Assembly: GCA_977017575.1 (NCBI GenBank)
Contig: CDRNVI010000099.1
Coordinates: 62,001-126,000 of the forward strand
Direction: 5' to 3'
Length of the DNA stretch: 64,000 bases
Source of the DNA: Paramoeba atlantica
Taxonomy: Eukaryota; Protista; Discosea
Both the position numbers and the translations under genes were made by a program. The first letter of the stretch is position 1, and the number at the start of each line of letters is the position of its first letter. Positions 55,636 through 64,000 of the stretch are shown here, piece after piece. The notes beneath the pieces were generated by a model. The model searched no databases. It saw only the letters and a list, made by a program, of their open reading frames with translations, and had not been told where the DNA came from.

Positions 55636-56701
55636 TTCGAAGGAGATGAAAATTTGTGAATGTTAACAGATAATACCTTATTATGCCAATGATATGGCCA
55701 AAACAAGTCATCACTTAAAACGTTCCATTCGATCGATTAAAAGGCAGGTATTCATTTTCTCTATCTACATATTGAAGTTTGAGTCGTTGCAATCTGTCTA
55801 GGTCTCTTGACAATACAAGTTTGTCCATTTCAAGAAAATTACAAGTGTGTCTATTCGGCTAAACGAAGTAAATCATCGGTTCTAGGTTTCACCGACTATA
55901 CTAACATATTAAACGTTCAGTCGAAAGGTGGTGAATATGTGCTACATCAAGAATCTCAGACCATGATAACATAACTTAGTACATCACGAAGATGGAATCG
56001 TCTAACCAGTGGCTGAGTACCGGGGACATATTGTGACCCCCCTTTTATTATGGACACTTTTTCGGCCTTTGTCCATAATAAAGGGGGGGGTAATGAAAAG
56101 GGTCGGAAAAAATTGGCGCCGCTTCGCGGCGCCGTGTTTACTCATAATAGGGCAAAAATATAATCTGAACTGCACAATGCATAAAGTATAGTTTAGATTA
56201 TACGTAAAATATAATCTAAACTGTAAAATACACGGTCAAGAGAGCGGGCGAGAACGGCGGGCGAGGAGATTAGACGAATAGGGAAGGAGAAGAGGGTTGA
56301 ATTCTACTTACATGTATGTTCACGATGTGCATGTACTCACAATGTGTATGTACTTCACAATGTATGTTGTATACCAAAATATTTTTTCTATGTTTTTTTT
56401 TCTTTTTTTCTCTCGTCTGCGAGCAAACTAATGGTATCAGCAGAAAAGAATATACAATGTATAAAAAGAATATACAATAGAAAATTCTATACAATGTATA
56501 GAAAAGAATATACAATGTATTAGTGGGTTGTTTTGCTAAGGCTCTCATACGTTGACCTTTTCCCGCTTGTTTTTCACAATGTCACATTGTGTTTGTCTCT
56601 GATCTTCGATGTGTCCTCACATGGAAAAACGATTCCGATATCCCTCGTGACTTTTTCAGATTTCTGAAGTCTCATGGAATCGTACTACTGAGAAGAATGA
56701 T

Positions 56702-58515
56702 GTAAACCCCCCCGCGCACATTAGTTACATCACGTATTAGTTACGTATCACTTATTAGTGACATAAAACGATAAAAATCACTTATTAGTTACGAACCACT
56801 TATTAGTTACTGTGACCCCGCCCTTTAATATGCACACGTTTTTGGGGTTTGTGCATATTAAGGGGGGGGGGGTAAGAGGGAGAAGAACCCGCCCCTCCGG
56901 AAAAAAGAGGAATTGCTTTATCCCACTTGCTGGTACGACAGCATGGAAAACCAATTTGGCGGAAAAGTTGTGCGAAAGCCTTTGTGTCCTCAAGCAAGTG
57001 ATGCCACAGGAAGTTAGTGAAGTGCAGGAGAAACTTTTGAACCTTGGGGAAAACGATTTCCAGGAAAAACATCGAATATTTTCAGAGTGTGGTCCAAAAT
57101 TTTTGAACGCCATGACCAGTGCTCGCATGAAGCGTGGCGTCGTTACTCCGAAACTTGGAGGGGTTACTCGCTGGTGCTCCGACAAGTTCACGTCCATGGA
57201 ATTTCTGGCAAACTATTCAGTTATTCATCGAAGAAGCAAAAAAAGGGCCACGAGAATATAATTCCATTAAGCGGTGTCAAAAAATCTTGACTAAATACGG
57301 CTCACAATGCATTCAGAAGCAGTGTGAATTTTTTTTGAGCGAATGTAGTGAACTACATGCGGCACTCAAGGAATTTAGTGAAAGCAAAGATACTCCTATG
57401 GCCACACACGTTTGCCAAATGTTGGAGCATCTATACGAAATTTCCGAAGGTACAGGAGCACCACAAGGATTACGATCATCCCTTTTGCACCACAAGAAAA
57501 GACTAGATAAGAATCATAACATGCGTCCTGGAAACAGGTAATGTGGTTTCGACCAAGTTGGATTGTCCTGTTCGGTCGGCCAATACGTCAACATGCTTTG
57601 TGATATTGGCGAACTGAAATTTTGTCTGCGCAACCACCGTGAAAAAAAGTTATTTTTTTTGGGAGGAAAAAAAGTCCCCTTTCACCAAAATTTGTGCATA
57701 TTAAGGGGGGAAGGGAAGGGGGTGCATATTAAAGGGGGGGTCACAGTACGTAGAGTAAATAATTCGAAAATTCTTTTTTTTTGCTTGGAACTTCTTCCCT
57801 CTTGGAAATTCGTATTTTCATATTTTATTCTTCTCTTCGCCAAGAGGCAACAGCCTTAGCCTCTGAGTAACCCGAGGATTTGGGAACCAATACTACGAAT
57901 TGAAAAGAAACCACCTTTACACACCCACACGAAACCCACACCACACCCACAACCAAAGGGGGGCTGGTCACCCCCCCTCCCTTTTTTTTTATACCCCCCT
58001 TTTAAGATTCACGATCGCACGCCTGACCGTTCAACAGCGATGATTCGCTCTCGCGGGGACGGAGCGGAAGGTTCCTCAGCTTGCTCTGAGGCGTCCATAG
58101 CCCTTAGTTGGCCAAACGGACGTAATACTAACTAACTAACTAACACCCACAACCATGCGAATTATACGAATTGAAAGTGACGACGAAACAATATTCGAAA
58201 TGATCAATGAATCACCAAACGAGTGCTGAAGAGAAACTGCAAAATTCATAAATGAAGCGGAATTCTGCAAAGAGAGAGAAGCCTGGACCCAAACTAAAAC
58301 AGGTGCCCAGAATTGTGATATTTATATTGCTAAATGCTGATTACCGTTTAAATTGCACATTTAAAGCAAGAGCGGAGGGACAAGGTATCGTCAAAACTTC
58401 TTCTGTGAAAACTTCTACTCGTAACTAATAAAGTTGGAATTCGATGTTTTGATAAATCACTTATTAATTACGAAAATCCTATGTAACTAATGTGCGTGCG
58501 GGGGGGGGTTTACTG
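56702..58515. mobile_element. Outer TIR element with nested inner element 56810-57746
   Basis: Outer gtaaacccccccgcgcacattagttac and its inverse; inner TA|CTGTGACCCC..GGGGTCACAG|TA. Confidence 0.72.
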
Positions 58516-58889
58516 TTTCGCCTACTTGAGAGTACGTCGATTTTAAACTACTTACTTGACAAGAAACAAAGTACAAACGAAAAATTATTTTATGCCAAAA
58601 ATACTCACTTCTGGGCCCTTTGTGCCGTGCTTTCGACAAACAATGCGAAAATTTAAAAATCACATTGGAGCCGCTTCCCGACTACAAAAGAATCCGTTCC
58701 CCCAGATGGAAAAGTCGACGTCTCCAAGCCTTGAAACAAGATACGCTTTATGACTTACAATTAAGTTAATGCAGAAAGAAGAGGAAGAGGACGACGACCT
58801 CTGAACCCGCAAACTTGCCACAAAAAAAGGAAAATTATTCGCCCAAGGACGAATGTTGCTAAGATTTTTTCAAAACGCAAAGAGACATA

Positions 58890-59005
58890 CAGGGGTGTGG
58901 GCCTAAATGTAGGGGTCTAAAAGTTGTCCAAGTTTGCAAAATAGTGCCGCACCGGAGAGCTCTCACAGAGCAGTATGTTTTAGGCGCATTAGGATCCTGT
59001 GATTT
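58890..59005 (+). mobile_element. Diverged solo left TIR of the DD32E family
   Basis: TA|CAGGGGTGTGGG..gagctctcacagag..gttttaggcgcatta. Confidence 0.7.
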
Positions 59006-59734
59006 GAGATCCTGTGATTGTAAGCAAGCCTCCGCATTGTCGTGCCCACTGACGAAGTCGATGGTGCTCGATTTGATCCGACATAAAACAAGATGATCTT
59101 CTAAACTTATAACTGCTTTAGGAGACACCTATCAACGCTTCAAAAAAAACACTATGGATGTGTGTGGCGGAGATGGGGTCGAATGCAGTACCTCGCGATC
59201 AGTGAAGCAGATTTTCGAATATCTCAGTGTGTAATCGCTTCGCTTTCTTCGGTGAGGAAACTGCGATGTTTGTCAATGGAGAAGTTCAAGGCTACACTAT
59301 TCCTCCTATTGGTTGCCCGCAGCCCAAAGTCGTGGATAACAATCCAAAGGAAACAGTTACAGCTTTTCTTGCAGGTGTGGCGACGCAGTCCAAAAGCAAG
59401 TAATGGTCATGAGGGCAATCCTAATTTAATAGGCTATTAAATTAGGACACTATTATAGTGTCCTACGAGAAAGGTGATATCCCGTTGCCGAAGTATGGGG
59501 TGCTGTACACAAAAATCCAAGTCATCAAACAAATTCCAATAGTGCCTGGCAAAATCGATGACACTTCCGAATTTGAATTCTCCGAAGAGGCAGCAGATTT
59601 ATTTACTGGAAGGGGGTTCTTCCCCTTCTTATGCCTTCCCCCCTTAATATGCAGAAACCTCAAAAACGTGTGCGTATTAAAGGGGGGTGACAGTATAGTT
59701 TATCTTTTCTACAATACAACTACAATGGTGGTTA

Positions 59735-60244
59735 ATGCAGAGAATAAGGAAAAATCTATCGACGAATGCGATCGAATTGTTGATTCGATGGTTGGGGGAA
59801 GCGCATCTACAAACTCTGCAGCAAATCGATACCATATCAACATTCTCCACGCTAGGGTACAGCGATCATGGAAACATTAGAGCGCCATCCGTGGCTTACA
59901 GGTTCACCTCCTCTACCGAAGATGAGGCAAGTTGGCTCTGCCAAGACGCGAGATTCAGAACTCTGCTCCCCTACGGGGTCTTCCAGGTGTTCGAAACGCT
60001 GTATTTTAAGAAAATTCGAGAACGCCAAGAAAGTGAAGCGAAGGGCATATCGGGTAGGATCATTCGATTTCTTGAAATTGAATGTTGGGCTATGATGTTT
60101 TGGTCAGAATATGCCATTCGTACGACAAACATTGAGTCTCCCTACGAAAAACGAAATCGGGCACCGCTTCGTGGCGCTTCCTGGTCAGGTCGTCGTCAAA
60201 AAGGACAAATAAGCAGGGGAGTTAGGGTTAAGACAATGAAGTAG
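59735..60244 (+). mobile_element. Possible pogo/CENP-B-like HTH remnant
   Basis: STNSAANRYHINILHARV..RAPSV; weak, frameshifted. Confidence 0.3.
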
Positions 60245-60382
60245 GGGGGCACATTACTTATCCACTATGTACAACCTCGATATCTACAAAAAAGCAATAG
60301 AACCCGAACTGCCTTTGTTTTTATTACCCCATAAAGTCATGCGGTTCTCATTCCAAAAACTAAACCCCCTGGAGAAATAAAT

Positions 60383-61387
60383 CTATTTCGACCTCTGTAT
60401 ACGATACTTGGCAAAATTAATCTTCGCTCCTAGCCACAGACCATTCGGCAAACCAGGACGTTCGCTTTTAGGACCCCAATCAGTCACTTCGTTCTCATCT
60501 AAGTTAATCCCATAATGACCTCTATCAAAGTATCTTGCTAAAATTTTGTGTCCAAGTATTGGGGATAAGTCAAGATACCCAGAAAACGAATTACCGAAAA
60601 GCCCAATGTACTCCATAGAAGCAGGAAGCGTTGTGGGGAATACTACAGGGCCTTCCATGTTATTCGAAGCAAGGTTTAAATAGACTAAATTCTGGGGCAA
60701 CGCACCTAAGTCCAGCAGTCCAGTAAACTGGTTTAAGGCCAAGTCGAGCGTTCGTAATCCCGGGGGTAATGCCGTAAGTTGAACAGATCCTGTAAATTTG
60801 TTACCCCGCAAACCCAATAATCCGAGGTTGTGCGGTAGAGTGGCCAAATCGGCCTCCCCAAAAAACTTGCTGTGATTGAGCTTGAAGTTTTTGAGCGTAA
60901 GCGGAAGATGAATGAAACTTACCGTCCCGGATAAACGAGTTTGAAATATTTGAAACCGATTTAGGCAATGAGGGAGGTGATCGAGAGGCAAGTCCCCTTG
61001 TAATTGTAAGTAAGTAAGTAACACCAATGTGGTTAGTTTGCGGGGGAGGTGACTCCAACTTAAATTACCTTCAAGAATGGGACTATTCGCGTGGCCAATA
61101 ATGCTGATAATATTCTGCTCTTTATCACAGGTAATGCCTCTCCATGTACAGGGGGACACCTTTTTAAATCCGCCAAAAAATCGCCGTTTGTGTGTGATCC
61201 ATGTATGGTCACGAACTGTTGCTCCTCTCAAGAACTCTTCAAGTTCATTTTCCTGAGGTATTAACTCACGACTTACTTTTCCGCGTCGAAGGTCTGACCC
61301 ATCGTCAGCTGCAATGAGACAACGAAGCTCAGTTTTCAGATGCTTCATGAGTGCAATGATAACACGAAAATTAAGAATGTGACACAA
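60383..61387 (-). CDS. LRR family protein (~320-334 aa), ADDG subfamily
   Basis: AADDGSDLRRGKVSRELIPQENEL, SPCTWRGITC, LRRs. Confidence 0.9.
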   Translation of the reverse strand: MCHILNFRVIIALMKHLKTELRCLIAADDGSDLRRGKVSRELIPQENELEEFLRGATVRDHTWITHKRRFFGGFKKVSPCTWRGITCDKEQNIISIIGHANSPILEGNLSWSHLPRKLTTLVLLTYLQLQGDLPLDHLPHCLNRFQIFQTRLSGTVSFIHLPLTLKNFKLNHSKFFGEADLATLPHNLGLLGLRGNKFTGSVQLTALPPGLRTLDLALNQFTGLLDLGALPQNLVYLNLASNNMEGPVVFPTTLPASMEYIGLFGNSFSGYLDLSPILGHKILARYFDRGHYGINLDENEVTDWGPKSERPGLPNGLWLGAKINFAKYRIQRSK

Positions 61388-63571
61388 GAGACATTGTTAT
61401 GTTAACAACAGTGCTACGATACAGTAGTACCACTAATGATCCCTCTGGTTTATTTCCCTTAAATTTTCTGTTGTTGATACATTTCTTACACCTCATTCTA
61501 CAAAGCAAATATATTGACCGAAACGCATTTTTACCCTCTAAGGCTAAAAAAACTGACGCACCATCAATTAAAAAGCAGACAAATTCTTTTAGGTGTGAAT
61601 CGTTGTAATTTTTCTACGTATTTTGACAATATACAGTAGTTGTAAGTTTGTCCATTTCAAGAAAGAATACAAATCATCGGTTCTAGGAAACGTTCACCGA
61701 CTTTACTAACAAATGAAACGTTCAGTCGAAAGGTGGTGAATGTGTGCTACATCAAAAACTCTAAGACCATAATAACAAAGCTTTATACATCATGAAGATG
61801 GAATAGTTTAACGAACACCGTTGACTTACTATTTAAGAGCGATTAACTGCTCCCCCCACTCGGCTTGAGAGTCCATCCATTTTGGATTATAATTTCTAAC
61901 TAGAAGAAAATTTAAACGTAAAAGTACGCACTTTAATTCACTTTACGTTAATAAGAGTTCATATAGAACACATAAACTAGAGGCTGTGGTTTGGATTTCT
62001 CTTGCGCCAGGGTAAACAATATAGTTCCGCCGGAGTGGTTGAGATTTAGTTTAATTTAAGCACCGTATATTGGGTTAAAGTATACCTTATACCCCCCCCA
62101 GTAGGGTACCCCCCCCCGTAAGAGAGATTTGGCCCTTTTTGGGCTGACCCCCAGTAAAAGTCATTTGGCTCGGGAGCCCCACAGGAGGCGTATAGAGGGT
62201 AGGGGTGTGGATGTCTGCATGTTGGGGGCCTCGGGGGTAACTCAAATAAGCGTTTTAATACGTTTTAACAAGAAAAAATAGAAAAAAATAGTCAAAGTTG
62301 GGAGAAAAGTGGAAAATGGCCGAAAAAGCATACCCCCCCAGTAAGAGAGTTTTGGCCATTTAGTCCCAAAACCCATTCTCTTACTGGGGGGTATACGGTA
62401 ATGAGGTTACGAATTATGGGTTAACCCTTGCGAAGAATCCGTAAAGCTTTGGACAATGAATACTGACTTAAAAAGAAACGGATCGTCCTTGTAAACGGAC
62501 CCTACTTTAGACTGTACGAACGCCTATATAGGTGGGTCGCATACAGCGTGACACGTACATAAAGGAAGAAGGAAGAAGGGAAAAGGAAGAAGCTTCCCTG
62601 TACCATTACCCTAAAGTTTAGGGCCTAAAGGTACCGTTAGAGCAGTGCACACCCTTCATCCAAAGAAATTGTTGATCATTTGGAAGTCGCAGAGATGATG
62701 CTCCGTGTAGAATGGGTGGAAAAACGGAAATCGCGATTGGAAAGCCCAACTACCGCTGATCTTTAACCGGGTATTGTGTGAAGTCCCACCATTCTTGTCG
62801 AGGCATTGGTGCTGATGGAAAAGCACCGCAAAAATGGTCACCTCTTTTTAGTGACGCCAATCGGACAGACCCTCACATACAGTGTAGAGTAAGTGAGAGC
62901 GAATTTCCGGAATACTGGCGACGGAGTTTACCCAACGCAGGATGGACACTCAAGATGGCGGATTTGCTAGCCGAACTCTTGTCCTTCAAATTGTGCGAAG
63001 TCCTCGAAAGCCAGTATGCGAGCGAGTGTGAGCCGTTGCTAAAGGGACGAAAAATTGGTGCAGAATGGTTCCCGTCGATATGGGAAAGCTTTCGTGGAAT
63101 CGCCGTTGATGACTCGAAGCTGACACGCGATCGTGACAAACAAATGCGCGAAGAATACTGCGCAAAGTGTTTCGCAAGTGGGGCAATTCAAAAAGTAAAT
63201 AACTTCTCTACGCTCGGACTTCAATGACATCAGAAAGGAACTGTATTCCCTACGAGACGATGTTCAAGAACTTTATCAATCCTCTGATCTCAAGGAATCG
63301 AGCTCAAACTCGAATTCGGTTCTAGGTAAGCGTAAAGTTTATAATCGGACGGGAATACGTTCATGAACTACGTTTTTTTGACCAAGTTAAGTCCCTCTTC
63401 CTTCTCCATAATAATATAAACCCCGCGTCATGAAAAGTGACCCCCCACTTTATTTTCGTACAAGTGTCCGTTTGAGCTGATTTTTGTTGCATTTTGCAGA
63501 TCTCAACACAAGGACTTTGCGCGTGAAGAAATGAAACTAAAAGAAGCGAATACGTATATTTTATTGAGGAA

Positions 63572-63982
63572 TTACCATTTTTTCACTTTTTCGCCTTTCA
63601 ATCTTATACACTCCTTAAGGCGTGAGTCAAAGCTTAAGACCGTTTTGTCGATCACATTTTGAGACAAGCGAGACCACGCTTTGCGTACACATCGGATGAG
63701 TGAAGGCTTATCCGATGGGGTCTGTTCGTCCAACGCCCCTTGGACCATAGACCAGACGTTTTCTATTGGGGAAAGATCTGGTGAGTTGGGGGGCCAATTT
63801 TTCAGAAGTTCACTCATTGCGCTTTCAATGTACTCCTTTGAGGCACGAGCAGTGTGTGCCGTTGCCCCATCTTGCTGAAAAATACGATTAGGGGGGAAAT
63901 CTACCTCTTTTAATGTTTCTATGTACGTCTCACTTGTAATAGATGTGTCATTTTGTAGAATTACCAAGTACCTCCACCCCAC
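63572..63982 (-). mobile_element. Tc1/IS630 transposase C-terminus, D35E spacing, cut by window edge
   Basis: FQQDGATAH..WPPNSPDLSPIENVW. Confidence 0.9.
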
Positions 63983-64000
63983 TCCTACAGCACCCCAAAC

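Noticed and set aside
5101-61058. Many 60-140-aa plus-strand ORFs overlapping LRR and retroelement ORFs
   Set aside because: Antisense shadows of real coding frames with no independent motifs.

Overview
Eukaryotic, intron-free, transposon-rich window. It is most likely from a kinetoplastid or other euglenozoan. This is inference from a spliced-leader (SL) exon fragment at 37065-37085, 16 paralogous genes all on the minus strand, CRE/SLACS-like and VIPER/TATE/DIRS-like retroelements, and an LRR style I recall from Perkinsela. The backbone is a head-to-tail array of about 16 small cytosolic-looking leucine-rich-repeat (LRR) genes with a shared N-terminal motif Rx[GSA][KR]Vx3-4LPQEYxL. One of them is split by a 3.6-kb retroelement that begins with an SL relic. 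The spacers hold Tc1/IS630, hAT, Merlin, IS30-like and MITE elements, plus restriction-like-endonuclease (RLE) non-LTR retrotransposons. The most unexpected layer is non-coding RNA. It comprises three twister ribozymes, a tandem pair of partial HDV-like ribozymes, a 10-unit 123-bp array built from UUCG-capped hairpins, and an unassigned, covarying ~200-nt RNA motif in three copies. Two of the twisters lie on the LRR sense strand 185-335 nt past the stop codon. All structures were folded by eye and none was computed or tested.
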